Below the pieces are notes generated by a model. It had not been told where the DNA came from and did not search any database. It was given only the letters and a program-made list of their open reading frames with translations. From the NCBI RefSeq assembly GCF_006345805.1, contig NC_043009.1, forward strand, positions 58,156,001-58,220,000: 64,000 bases of DNA, read 5' to 3'. Numbering within the stretch: the stretch's first letter is position 1; each line of letters begins with the position of its first letter. A program made the position numbers and the translations under genes. Of the stretch, positions 40,213 through 53,663 are shown one piece after another. The DNA comes from Octopus sinensis. Taxonomy: Eukaryota.

Positions 40213-40501
40213 CCGTGCACAAGTTTTCGGCCACCTCACATAAACCAATCAAGATACAGTGTCTTTAAAAAAATTATCTAAACTCTTTTACTTGTTTCAG
40301 TCATTTAACTGCGTCCATGCTGGAGCACAGCCTTTAGTCGAGCAAATCGACCCCAGGACTTATTCTTTGTAAGCCTAGTACCTATTCTCTCGGTTCATTT
40401 TACTGAACCGCTAAGTTACGGGGACGCAAACACACCAGCATCGGTTGTCAAGCGATGTTGGGGGGACAAACACAGATACACAAACATACACACACACACA
40501 G

Positions 40502-40537
<36 letters not shown>

Positions 40538-41394
40538 TATATATACATATATGCGACGGGATTCTTTCAGTTTCCGTCTACCAAATCCACTCACAAGGCC
40601 CGAGGCTATAGTAGAAGACACTTGCCCAAATTGCCAGGCTGTGGGACTGAACCCAATGGAAGTTTATTACAAAATGTTCATTTCAAGAAGCTACTGTGCA
40701 TTGCTAATATTTTGTGTGACTTCCCTTAGCTTGAGCATGTCCATCGATGCGCCTGGAAGAAAATGCGTACAAATCCTTCACCATTCTTCACAGGTATGCG
40801 ATGTCATTCTTTGTGGTCTTCTGGGAATATTCCGCTTGTTAGAATGCGAAATGTCCCACGATACATGACGAAAACAGGGAAGTTTGAGGGTAAGAATTTG
40901 ATGACTCGGGGATTCATAACAACGATGGTTCAAGAAAGCTGGTAAAAATTTAAGGTAACTTGAATAGCGCCAAATACATCTAGTTGCTGGCGAATATGCT
41001 GCTGCCACAGATTGCGTACAACGCAACAGACTCTGGCTGATGAAGGTGTTACAGTATTGAAAGATTGGTCAGCTCAGAGCCCTGACTTAAATGTGAACAG
41101 ATACACAGAGAAATCTTCGTCTGAAGAATCCACGCAATTTTGAAGAGTTGTGGGAGCTCAGCTATAGAGAAAGTCATCTCATACCTGTTAAGATAGTGAA
41201 GGATTTGTACGCATCTCTTCGCAAGTGCATCGAAGCAATTATTCAAGCTAAGGGAAGCCGCACGAAATATTTACAATGTACAGTAAATTCTTGAAATGAA
41301 TATTATGTAATAAATTTTCATTTTAGCTATTTTTCTGCTTTAAAATGCTTTATCTTCATTAGTTTATGTGAGGTGGCCGAAAACTTCTGCACGG
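40213..41394 (+). mobile_element. Internally deleted Tc1-like transposon containing a SINE-B
   Basis: 33-bp TIRs ccgtgcacaagttttcggccacctcacataaac / gtttatgtgaggtggccgaaaacttctgcacgg; DWSAQSPDLN and CIEAIIQAKGSRTKY motifs. Confidence 0.85.
40282..40654 (-). mobile_element. SINE family B, near full length
   Basis: Collinear with 24131-24538. Confidence 0.9.
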
Positions 41395-42178
41395 CCAATT
41401 TTGGTGGTCGTCTCGCATCATCCCCTCTCATTCAGAACCCCTACTACAAAATATAATGACTAGGTGTGGAAATGACTTCAACAGGGGTCACTGTTCCATC
41501 TATAAAAACCGCAATGCGCATCAGTCCGTTATAAGTTGGCAATTAGTAGAAATTTATAGCAGTTTATGCTGGCCGAAGACTTTAGCAGGGTACTGTAGTA
41601 GAAGAGTCTTGGCCATTTAACCACACAGTGCGACTGAACCCGGAATAATATTATTTTGAGTGTGGCACGTGCCTGTATATTTGTGAGTATTTATAGTGCA
41701 TTTTGTGTGTATATATATGTGCATTTTTGTGTATATATATGTGGAATTTTTGTGTATATATGTGTATATATATGTTCATTTTTTGTGTATATATATGTGT
41801 ATAAGTTTGTGGGAGTTATTGTTTGTTTGTGTGTGTGTGTGTATTTGCATTTGTGGATATTAATTGCTTAATATCTAGACTTTCTTTGGCTCATTACATA
41901 TGTCTAAGAACAAATTGATGTAATCTTTATTAAGAATTTCTTATTTCAATGGAGCAAGAAATATTTTATACAGTACTATCGAAAACTGCATGTCCCTCAT
42001 GGAATTCCGACAACATAAGGCAGACGTGGAGAAATAGGATGCTTGATATTATATTTAAATTTTATATATATATATATATATTATATATATATATATATTA
42101 TATATATATATACATGTGTGTGTATGTATATATGTATATATATATATATATTTGTATATATGTATTATATATATTTAT

Positions 42179-42547
42179 AGGCGCATGTGTAGCTCTGTGG
42201 TAAGTAGCTTCCTTACCAACCACATAGTTCCGGGTTCTGTCCTACTGCGTGGCACCTTGGGCAAGTGTCTTCTACTATAGCCTCGGAGTGAATTTGGTAA
42301 GTGGAAAGAAACTGAAAGAAGCCCGTCGTGTATATATATATATATTTGTGCGGGGGTTTTGTGTTTCTGTGTTTGTCCCTTCCACCATCGCTGGTGTTTT
42401 TACGTCCCCGTAAACTAGCGGTTCGACAAAACAGACCGATAGAATAATTACTAGGCTTACAAAGAATAAGTCCTGGGTTAGAGTTGCTCGACTAAAGCCG
42501 GTGCCCCAGCACTGCCGCAGTCAAATGACTGGAACAAGTAAAAGAAT
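42179..42547 (+). mobile_element. SINE family B, full length
   Basis: aggcgcatgtgtagctctgtggtaag...ccttgggcaagtgtctt...gactggaacaagtaaaag. Confidence 0.9.
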
Positions 42548-43946
42548 ATAATTCTATATGAAAATAATAGCATTTCGCAAAACCCGTTGATGAAGATATT
42601 GGAAAATGGAAAATATATATTCCAAGACACGTAGATGTAAGCTTTCATTCCCTGCCGCCATCGGATATGAATGTTGGTCGATGTTCTGAATGATATTATA
42701 TTTCCGCCTCGTTAGTTATTACAAAAGTGCATCGAGCAACTACACCTGACCTATGTCGATGCTTCATTGTTCAAATTAAAGCCTCCGATTTAATAAATCA
42801 CGATGCGTTATAGAGAACTCAATGATTCGGGCGTAAGTTTTGGGAAGTAATTAGAAAAGTTGGTTGAGTGATGAGTTACCGAATATTACAAAATCTTTAT
42901 GTGATCATTTAAAAGTACATCTGACTGTGGAGTGTGCTGTTGTCTATTTTCAATAAATGATAGTTTAAAAGAAGTTGATATAAATAATCTTATATTCACT
43001 TACATATACTTCCAAACAATTTCTTTCATTTACCTTAAAGATATACGCAAGAGTGCAAGTTATTCAATTACAATCATATTAACTGTAACTGAAACACATT
43101 CGTTTCTCTGATAAGAACCCTCTTGTATTCAAGACCGTGATATTGTTTGCACGCATTGGAAAATATCTTCATCCTCTCCTGTATGAAACATCATCCATCT
43201 GTAATATTTTAGGATTCATACAAAATCTTTATAAACATTTCTCCTTTATCTTTCACGGCCTTGTGTAAATCCTAAAATAGCGGTGTGTGCTAAAACTTAA
43301 AAGGTAAAAAACAAAAATACCATTCTTTAAATTCTTCTCAACATCGGTGAATGGAAACGAAAAAGATGTCGCTGTCGCTATTGTGATTCATAAATCATGG
43401 ACAGCTTTCAGAAAAGATTCAATGTCAATTATTGTCTCAAAGAGATATGAAATTCAATAACATTTATTTTCAAATTATGTAGTTTATCTGTACATTTTGC
43501 GTGGATTTAATGAGTGGATATTTTACTGAAGCCATGATAAGCAGTTGAAATCTTTTCAGTATGAAGTTGCATATAGTTCGAAGAAATTTGTGTGTAGTGT
43601 TGAGGTTTTTGTGATAATGAAAACTGCGAGTGTAATTCCTCTTTTGCCAAAACGTTGATTGAATTGTGAAGGTTAGGGATTTCAAAATGTCTGCTTATAG
43701 TAGAACAGTTGTGGGAAAAGAACACATTCTTATGAACCGAATTCGATTTACAGACTCTTGTAAATTTGATTTAAAGTAAGAAGCAAATAGAGCCAAAGTT
43801 GATATTCATAAGGAATATGGAGAAGATATAGGATATGTTTTAGTTTTTACTTCTGACAGTGAATAAACTGCTGCCATGCTGAAATACAGCCTCGAAAGGC
43901 TTTACATCAAGAAATCTATCCACACACACACCACACACACACACAC

Positions 43947-44007
<61 letters not shown>

Positions 44008-44009
44008 GT

Positions 44010-44057
<48 letters not shown>

Positions 44058-44075
44058 ATAAATGTACGTGTATGC

Positions 44076-44111
<36 letters not shown>

Positions 44112-44321
44112 CAATACAAATGCATTACTTTCCAGTAAAATAAAGACCCATAAGGGTAGAATTATATATATAATAACAGATAAGAGGTAAGACAAATTTT
44201 TCATGTTTGTTGCACAAACACGTCTTTGCTAGTAAATACGCAGTGAAGCTATACAATAGCGTCGTATTTGTACAGATTGCTATTTTCCAGTAAATATTGT
44301 ACCACTTATCTGTTTATATCT

Positions 44322-44410
<89 letters not shown>

Positions 44411-44881
44411 ATATATATATATGTTCAGAAGGCATTGGTCAGCCTGGGAATGTAAAAGAAGACACTAAACCAGTGTTCTGCGCAGTGGAAGTGAACCCGA
44501 GGCCGCCTGATTACAAGCCGAGCTCCTTAACAAAAACAACTGTGCCAACGCCTACAAACCAATATAAACATTTTGAAAACAGTTACAACACAACATACAC
44601 AAAGGTAAAAGGAAAGTGAAAGGAAAGCGAAAAAGGAGAGGAAAGGAAATGAAACTTGTATTTATAATCCGTTTAAATATTGAACTTTGCCCACAAATCT
44701 ACTTTCGTTAATCACTCATGATTCAGAAAACCAGAGCAAGTTTAAATAATAGATTATAGAATATATATATCGCCCAATCACGTTACATTTACTGATTTTC
44801 TATGGTGTTCTTATTTATAAAATGCTATTTTATTAAACTTTTACCTCATTAAGAAGAAGAATTGTTTCCAGCATCACGAAT

Positions 44882-44990
44882 ATTTATTGAGCAAAAACAC
44901 CTAAGCTCCATGAGGCCTCAGCGGGGAGGAGTGGCGAACCCCGCTGTACTCTTTCACCACAACTTTCTCCCACTCTTTCTTCCTACTTCT
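44882..44990 (+). mobile_element. SINE family C internal fragment
   Basis: tttattgagc..aaacacctaagctcca...ctgtactctttcaccacaactttctc. Confidence 0.75.
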
Positions 44991-45348
44991 GCCACAAAGC
45001 AGAGGAACCATGGTGTAACTCACCATGGTGTGGAAAAGCTTTCAAGCCCTAGTCTAGATTGCGATTCCTCTGTACCCCAGGATGGTTCAGCTCTCCGCCC
45101 GTTAAAAGACACCGTTTATGGAATGAGGATAACAACGTAGGTTTCGCGCCCGTGCAAACCGCCAGCCTATCGCGTGTGGTGGGTGGATCTTCAAGCTGCC
45201 ACATGCATTCTTAGTAGCTTAGAGTAGGCTCGAATTAGAGATTATTCTTTGTGGCTAATGGTGTGAGTCCTGATTGGAAGGAGAAGAAAAACATTAACAA
45301 CAAACCTATTGATAATAATTGTTTCAAGTTTTTGACACAAGATCAGTA

Positions 45349-45573
45349 TATTTCTTTATTGCCCACAAGGGGCTAAACATAGAGGGGACAAATAAGGACA
45401 GACGAAGGGATTAAGTCGATTACAACGACCCCAGTGCGAAACTGGTACTTTATTTATCGACCCCGAAAGGATGAAAGGCAAAGTCGACCTCGGCGGAATT
45501 TGAACTCAGAACGTAGCGGCAGACGAAATAACGCTAAGCATTTCACCCGACGTGCTAACGATTCTGCCAGCTC
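45349..45573 (-). mobile_element. SINE family A monomer
   Basis: Collinear with 9583-9801. Confidence 0.9.
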
Positions 45574-45689
45574 AGTAGTTAAGTGAAAGTGGTTAGTCGA
45601 TTAAATTGACCTTAGGGCTCCGATATTAATTATTCTATCGGATCCAAAATGAAGAGAAACGAAGACGAAATTTGTGTAGTAGTGGTAGT

Positions 45690-46354
45690 GCTTCTGAAAG
45701 ACTTCAGCAGAAACAGTACAAGAGTAGACACGACAAGGTAGCCCAAAACCTTCACTGGCTTTTGTGCCAGAAGTATGGATAGGAGGTAACGGGTTCTTGG
45801 TACCAACATACACCGGAAAATGTAATGGACGAAAAGGGGAAGGTGAAAATCTTCTGGGAATTTTGACTTCTAGACAGACAATGCAATAGAGCAACGGGGG
45901 CCGGTTATAAGAACCTTTAGGAGCGATAAACAAGAATGCCTAATAATGAAGGTGACAGTGCCAGGAGATCATCGAATTATAACGTAGGAAAGAGAAAAGA
46001 TTGGTAAATATGGTGACGTGAGATATAAGATGGTTAGGATGTGTCGGTTACGTGAGTCAAGCATAATGGTGTTTCCAATTTTCATCGGAGCATTGGTTTT
46101 AATGCAACCTAACCCGAAAAAAAAGCCATCTGGAAACTTTAGAAATACTCTGCAATCTGGATGTATTGCAATAACCGGCATTACTTGGATCTAAAACGCA
46201 TATTATAGCGTTAAGTAATGTCTGTCTATATTGTGACATAACAGGCAGTAAAAACCACCGGTAGACACGATATATTCAAACAACAACGTCATGATATTAG
46301 ATACTGTTCTACGTCTTAAATAATAATGATAATAATAATAATAATAATAGTAAC

Positions 46355-46412
<58 letters not shown>
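45690..46412 (+). mobile_element. R4/Dong-like non-LTR element 3' end (REL endonuclease) followed by (TAA)n
   Basis: YKSRHDKVAQNLHWLLCQKYG..WYQHTPENV..KVKIFW...TVPGD..EREKIGKY...PIFIGAL...LQ.PALLG; (TAA)n at 46321-46412. Confidence 0.85.
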
Positions 46413-46415
<3 letters not shown>

Positions 46416-46504
46416 GAAACATTAATAATCATCCAGCAAACATAGGCAAGTAATTTTAGTTAGTGATTTCATGTCTTTCCTCCTCTCACTCGCTCATTTT
46501 ATAA

Positions 46505-46547
<43 letters not shown>

Positions 46548-46730
46548 GGTGTGTGTGTGTGAGTTTATATATATATATGTATGTATATGTATAGATATAT
46601 ATATATACCCATAAATGTATATGCATATGCATCTATATATATATAGGTATATATACATATATGTATGTATATATATATGTATCTATCTATATATATTTAT
46701 ATATACATACATATATATAATGTATATATG

Positions 46731-46770
<40 letters not shown>

Positions 46771-47478
46771 GTATAATGTATATATATCATTAAGCCAGTA
46801 GATAGCCAGGTAATAACGTGATACAAAACAGAAATGATAGCCACACCAATTACAAGAAATTTAAATAATCATGACATATATACACCCATACACACTCAGA
46901 TTCCATAAACCCATACACACATGCACACTTATACATACAGAAATATTCACACACACAGACGCACACACACGTATATATACATGAATAAATATGTGTATAT
47001 GTATACACAATTACGCACACACATGCAAACATACATACATATATATAGTTATGCATACTCGCAGATAAACACACGTCATCCTATATTGTCAAATTATATT
47101 CTATTACAACATATCACATCGTATTACATTATAACATTATATTACGTTATATTATATTGCACAATTTTCGATTATCAAATGCTAGCGCGTGGATAGCAAA
47201 TATTAAAAGATATGAGCTGAGGAGATTGGTATAAATGACAAGAAACGAAAGCAAATATAAAACCATATCAATACCAAATACAAAATAATCTTCCAGACTT
47301 GTTTCTGTCTATTTCACATTTACAAATAGACATCATCTTCTTGTTTACTAAAGCTGTTGTTTGAGCATTGGATAATCCGGATCGGTAAAGCGGTGCGCAG
47401 AGTATGCTGCGGTATTTATGGTGTGAGTTCAAGTTACAACGTATTCTACGCCACATTTCATTGTTGAGTGGTCTTTAA

Positions 47479-48268
47479 ACCTTTTGTTACCGTATTTCTG
47501 TTGAGATGCTTCGTGTTTCTTTGAATTAATTTTAAATATAGCAAAGAATTTAGTAAAATATTGGGTTGTCTGGAAAGTTGGTGCCGATTTTTAAAGGAAA
47601 GAAAAAGGTCAATAAATACTTGCCCTTACATTTTTAATCAACCAAATATGGACCATTTTGTTGCACAATGCGTCTCCATCTTTCTTTTAACTTGAAAATA
47701 CCCTCTTCCCAGAATTGAGGTGGTTTCATGGCAAATAATTCATCAAGGTATCTTTTTACGTCATCCAAGGAATTGAAATTTTTAGCATTAAGACTATTCT
47801 GCAGAGACATGAATAAGTGGAAATCCGAAGGAGCAATATCTGGTGAATATGGAGGCTGCGGTAACACATCCCAGCCGAACTGCCGCAATTTTAGTCTAGT
47901 TCCCAAAGTATCAAGTGCCGAAAATGAACTTTCTTATCTTCCATTTTAAAGGGTTACAGAATTAACACAGGTTATAGGAACATAAACCTTCTTCCACGAA
48001 AAGACAGCTTATACTGTGCTCTAAATGAAGGTGTAGTCAAATCCTATTTTATGGACTCAACCATGTTCTGAAATAAGTCGAAATTTAAGCCACTATAAAT
48101 CGGCACGAACTTTCCGGACAACTCAATAGCATAGTTATCATTAAGCTAGTGTTACGGACATAAATTGTGACTAAGGTTTGGTGGAAGATTTTAATTCAGA
48201 ATTTTTGAAAACCAGCCATTTTTACTACAGAGCCAGAAGCATCTTCAGACGGAATGGCACCAAAGGGG
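47479..48268. mobile_element. piggyBac-like MITE (~220 bp net) split by a mariner insertion
   Basis: TTAA at 47475-47478 and 48269-48272; diverged termini accttttgttacc / ggcaccaaagggg. Confidence 0.5.
47561..48126 (-). mobile_element. Internally deleted mariner (566 bp) retaining the transposase C-terminus
   Basis: TIRs ttgggttgtctggaaagttggtgccgattt / aaatcggcacgaactttccggacaactcaa; TA both sides; ORF WDVLPQPPYSPDIAPSDFHLF...GIFKLKERWRRIVQQNGPY. Confidence 0.95.
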
Positions 48269-48559
48269 TTAAAATATATCAGTTTTGCATTGACATCATT
48301 TGATCGACTATAGTATGAAAATTGGTAGATTCTTCAGACTATTAGTAAAACATTGCCGAGATTGTCTTTAACCTTTCCGTGTTGGAGATTTTTGGAATGA
48401 AGGCTAAAATTAACTTCCATAAAAGTTGGAGGGTAAAAGTTATATGCTGAGACTGATATTGTATTTCTTATAAAGCGCCCGTAGTTTGAATACAAAATCT
48501 GGGAGTGATATCTTATCTACTACCGGTACAAGACCTGTAATCTTGGAGTAGGTGGTTCG

Positions 48560-48728
48560 ACGATTACATCGATCACAATGCAAAGCAGGTATATATATAT
48601 TTCATTGACCCAGAAAGGATAAAATGTAAAGTCAACTTCGACGAAATTTGAACCCAAAATATAAAGATGAACGAAAAGCCGCTATGCATTTTATCCGGTG
48701 TGCTAACGACTCTGCCAGCTTGCCGACT
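48560..48728 (-). mobile_element. SINE family A, degenerate
   Basis: aaagtcaacttcgacgaaatttgaac...gtgctaacgactctgccagc. Confidence 0.75.
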
Positions 48729-49198
48729 CAATACTTAGAGTAATGACACCATCCAAAATATATCATAGATTGATAATCTGTTGGGTTTCGGGATGTTGTA
48801 GTGGTATTATGGATAAACTGTCAAAGACAACGTACGCCATTACAGTTTAAGGTTCGTTAACGTTACTAGTTTCCTCTTTAACCCTCTTTATTCTCTCGTG
48901 TTACCGGTTCAGGAGTGGAGTCAATGAAATCGACTGTATCCATCAGCCAATATATGTGTGTGGCCTTGTGTCTATATATGGGGATGCCTGAATGTTGTAG
49001 TATTGTAGGGAAATAATATTGTTCCTAAATAAACAGTATGCGCATGGAAATGTATAACATATACATATGCATATTTACGCAGCGACTGCGAAGGCAAACA
49101 AAAACGAACACACACATACACGCGCACACATGTATAAAAGGTGGCGCAATGTAGGTGTACAGTTATAAATAATAAAACACGTATAATAATCGTTTATT

Positions 49199-49350
49199 TT
49201 GGATCTTTTCCCTTTGAACGGCGGATCGAAAAATTAATTTTTTTGCAACTAAACACTTTGAAACTTCTGACACTGGTAGAATTTGTCATATAAAACATCT
49301 TTTTCTCTTAGCGTTTTGGAGAAAAGTTTATATTTACGAAGTAATTTCGT
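49199..49350 (+). repeat. Unclassified dispersed repeat (second copy 56985-57135)
   Basis: Shared ttggatcttttc..tttgaacggc...actggtagaat...ataaaacatc.ttttctctt. Confidence 0.7.
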
Positions 49351-50034
49351 GTTAAAGTTTATTACGATAAACTAAGTACCAGTTGCTTCCTGAGGTCAAT
49401 CTAATGACTGCCCCACTCCCCCTAAAAATTTCGGGGCCTTGTGCCTTGAGTAGAAAAGAATATTTCTGTCTCGTTGTCTGTCTTCGTTTTATATGCATCT
49501 GCTCCTGTCCTAGTGTTTACGTTTGCCTTTTTCCCTTCTTTACTAGGCTATGTACGATGCAACTTTATTTACACGACACTACATGCTATACATCAAATGC
49601 ATTTTGAGCCAAATACGATTTGAGCCAAAGACTGTGACACTGGCTTAAATGTATTACCAAAATACTAAGCATACAAAAACAGCAAACACAACTACACATC
49701 CCTATTCAGAATAGCAATCAAATACAATACGTTTTTATAGTATAAATTCATATCACTATCAGTCGCCATTCATTTAAAGGAAGATGCTTTCATGCGTTCC
49801 GTTCTCTGTGTATTTAATTTTCTTGACCCGGTGCAATTGATAGAAAGCTTTTACGGGAACTTGACAATTACTACACACATGAAGAAGTGCTTGTTGCATA
49901 GGCTTACAAGACTACCTAAGTATGAATATATTCGAGAAGCATTGTTCATGTTGATTCATTTTCCATAGACATTGATCATAGACTCACCTACTTTCTGACG
50001 ATTAGTTGAGTACTCTTAGTGAATAAGAACCTCC

Positions 50035-50325
50035 TCCTATTTTTCCTCCTCCTCCTCCTCCTCCTTCTTTTCATTTGTTTCCTTTCTCATCCCATCCTCT
50101 TGTTCTTTTCCTGTTCCTCCTCCTTTTCTTCTATATCTTCATCTTCATTACTTCCTCCTCCTGCTCCTCCTTTTTCTCCACCCCTCCTCCTCTTCCCCTC
50201 CTCCTCCTTCCCTCTTCCTCCTCCCCTCCTCCTCCTTCTTCTTCTTTTTCTCCTTCTGCTTATTCTCTTTTCTCTTCTTCTTCTTCTTCTTCTTCTTCTT
50301 CTTCTTCTTCTTCTTCTCCTTCTGG
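50035..50325. repeat. (TCC)n/(TTC)n pyrimidine tract
   Basis: Direct reading. Confidence 0.92.
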
Positions 50326-50414
50326 CCATTCTTTGAAAACAATCCCATTTTATGTGAGTTTGTGTGAGAGGTGGTTGGTATGTGTGCGTGTGTGTGTGTG
50401 TAGTGTTTGGTGTC

Positions 50415-50453
<39 letters not shown>

Positions 50454-50820
50454 CGCGTGCGTTTTGTGCGTGCACTTGTAGCATCTCTCATATTTCACTA
50501 ACACTAACTTAACATTTTTAACCTATTTTTATTTGAAAATATATTTTGTTTCGAAGATTACTCCACTTATAATTAATTTCACACCTTCGATTGATCGTGC
50601 CTTCCAATTAATTAACAATATTTAACATGCATTAATTTTTTCCATACGTACATGTCATCATACATTCTATTCCACGTATCTATTCCACCTTGCTTCTCAT
50701 TCTTCTTTACGTTCTTGTTTTATTTATACCATAGTATATAAAAAGATTAATACCTTTCTTAATTTCTCACAAATTGAATTATTTTCTTTTACTTACTTCT
50801 ATGTTAATATAATTAATCCT

Positions 50821-51456
50821 AAGGCGGCGAGCAGGCGGAAACGTTAGCACGCCGGGCGAAATGACTAGCAGTATTTCGTCTGTCTTTATGCTCTAAGTTC
50901 AAATTCCGCCGAGGTCGACTTTGCCTTTCATCCTTTCGGGGTCGATAAATTAATTACCAGTTACGCACTGGAGGTCGATATAATCGACTTAATCCGTTTG
51001 TCTGTTCTTGTTTGTCCCTTCTGTGTTTAGCCTCTTGTGGGCAGTAAAGAAATCGGTATTTCGTCTATCTTTACATTCTGAATTCAAAATCCGCAGAGGT
51101 CGACTTTGCCTTTCATCATTTCGGAGTCGATAAATTAAGTACCAGTTTCATACTGGGGTCGATCTAATCGACTGTCCCCCCTCCTCCCCCAAAATTTCAG
51201 GCCTTGTGCCTAGAGTAGAAAACAATATCATTAGTCCTAAAGCGGCGAGCTGGCAGAAACGTTAGCACACCGGGTGAAATGCCTAGCAGTATTTCGTCTG
51301 TCTTTACGTTCCGAGTTCAGATTCCGTCGAAGTCGACTATGCTTTTTATCATTTCGCGGTCGGTAATTTAAGTTCCAGTTACATACTAGAGTCGATCTAA
51401 TCGATTGCCCCACCTCCCCAAAATGTCGGGCCTTGTGCCTAGAATAGAAAAGAATA
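50821..51456 (+). mobile_element. Two adjacent SINE family A copies (dimer 50821-51225, monomer 51239-51456)
   Basis: Two heads a(a/g)gcggcgagc; t(a)(a/g)tcct precedes, separates and follows them. Confidence 0.9.
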
Positions 51457-52231
51457 TAAGTAGTCCTCGAATTGAAGTATGGATCCTCTTCATATTTACC
51501 AGCACATTTCTTCAAAAGCTGAAACATTATCTGCAATAAAAATGAATTTAACCGAGAGGTCCCTTATCTTCTACTCTTTTTCTTATATTTACAAATCTCA
51601 TGTGTTTAGAAAGTCCATAAATTGTACGCACTGCCCCAAAAGCCTACTTCTTTTGAAAAGATTATATAGTGAGCAACATATGGCTAAGTATAAAGAATCA
51701 CGTTTATGTAACAGCCACATATACACACAAAAGCACAAAACACACAAACACAAGCACTCATTTATACATATATATATATATATGGACACAAATACACTTA
51801 GGAATTTTAGATTTGACGTATCCTCATTTGCTTGAAGTCTTTATGTTCCATTTTAATGTAATTATATTATCAAAATGGCCTCTTTCAACCGAATCAATCT
51901 TTTCCTTGCTCCACTGCCCTTCAATGAATTCTATTGTGGCCCATTTACTAGTCAACACCTAACCTTACGTTCCACTTTCTAACCTATAGCTATCCTTATC
52001 ATTTCACTTACATTTTCTGTAACATGATATAGTATCACTTTAACCTCCAACGTCTCTCGCTTATATCAACATTTTCTACTTCCATCCTCTGTTTTAAGAC
52101 GGTTTTACCGTCTTAATATCTTATTCAAGCTTCTCTGCAATTCGTTTGGTCACAAGTACTTTTCTCTACACAGGTCTAATCGTATCTCCCCAGATATGTC
52201 TCACACCACCATACACTCACAAATAATCCAC

Positions 52232-52295
<64 letters not shown>

Positions 52296-52439
52296 TGTAT
52301 ATATATATATATATATATACATGTATATATATATATATATATATATTGTTATATTTCGGAATGGTCATTTTGCCAGTTTAGCCAATAAAAACACACGCAC
52401 TATATATTTGGTGTTACTTTGCTTCAGTGTTATTTATTT

Positions 52440-52823
52440 TTTACATTAATCTTAATCTTATTTCGGCCAGAGTTCTTTCGTCACACTCCTGTGACCGCAT
52501 CAGTGGTCCTTTGTTTTCTTCTCACTTATTTGTGTCTCTCCTTACTAACCGTCAGCCATTTTGTATTTCTATTGTATGTCTTCATTTGCGCATGCTTATA
52601 TCTCTATGTGCGTTTATTTTATTTAGTGTGTGTATGTGGGGGATGCCTGTAATATTTGTATCTTCTGTTTATATATGTTCATGTAATTTGTAATTTGTAT
52701 TTTGTTTTTGTTTTTTTGTTTTATTCTTATTTTGTTCATGTGTTTACACTCCACCCATTATTATCATTACTATGCTTGTATGTATGTATGTAACAATACT
52801 ATAATAATATAATAAATTGAATC

Positions 52824-52862
<39 letters not shown>

Positions 52863-53290
52863 TATATATATATATAATACATATATATATACACATACAT
52901 ACACACATATATATATATATATATATAATATATATATATTATATATATTATATATAGTTATTTATTTATTTATCTGTGTATTTATTATGTTTTCAGATCC
53001 TCTATCGTCATATGTTTTGTGGTGTGTGTTAGTGCTCCATTCTAGTTTTCTATTCAGGCTAGGTTATTTTCTATTATGTGTGTAGCTTCTGTAATTTGTC
53101 TAATTGTTGCTCTGATCTATGTGTGTAATATTTTTATTTCTATGTTATTGATTGATCCCCCGTGTTCTTGCTCGGCGTGTTGGTACAGAATCGATGAGCT
53201 TTTACCTTCCTTGAGTTATATCTTGAGATGCGGTCACAGGAGTGTGACGAAAGAACTCTGGCCGAACTAAGATTAAGATTACGTAAAAAT
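52440..53290 (-). mobile_element. 5'-truncated Penelope-like element with inverted partial pLTR at its 5' junction
   Basis: Minus frame 53225-53020: KEGKSSSILYQHAEQEHGGSINNIEIKIL...ATIRQITEATHII..(fs) PSLNRKLEW. 52447-52501 is repeated inverted at 53227-53281. Confidence 0.72.
52465..52509 (-). ncRNA. Minimal hammerhead variant (A9C)
   Basis: GG-A-CCA-CTGATGC-G-GTCACA-ggag-TGTGAC-GAAA-GAAC-TC-TGGCC. Confidence 0.5.
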
Positions 53291-53388
53291 AAATGTATAA
53301 ATATATATATATTATATATATATATATATCGATTATATACATTATATATATATATACATTATATATATATATACACACACACACACAA

Positions 53389-53422
<34 letters not shown>

Positions 53423-53663
53423 CTACATGTATTATATAATATATATATATAAATACATGTATATATATATTATATATAAATGTATATATACATCTATATA
53501 CATATATACGTATATGTATATCTATATGTATACATATATACCTCACAATCAAGGAACGGCCAAATAGGCCATTCACACCCTAGAAATAACAGCCAAAAGC
53601 TTCAACCGCAAAATAACATCATTTCCGTAAACCAGGAGAAAATTAAAAAACATTTACCCTGTA

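Noticed and set aside
41037-41070. CTGATGA...GAAA as a hammerhead
   Set aside because: It lies in Tc1 transposase coding remnant and no stems I or III can form.
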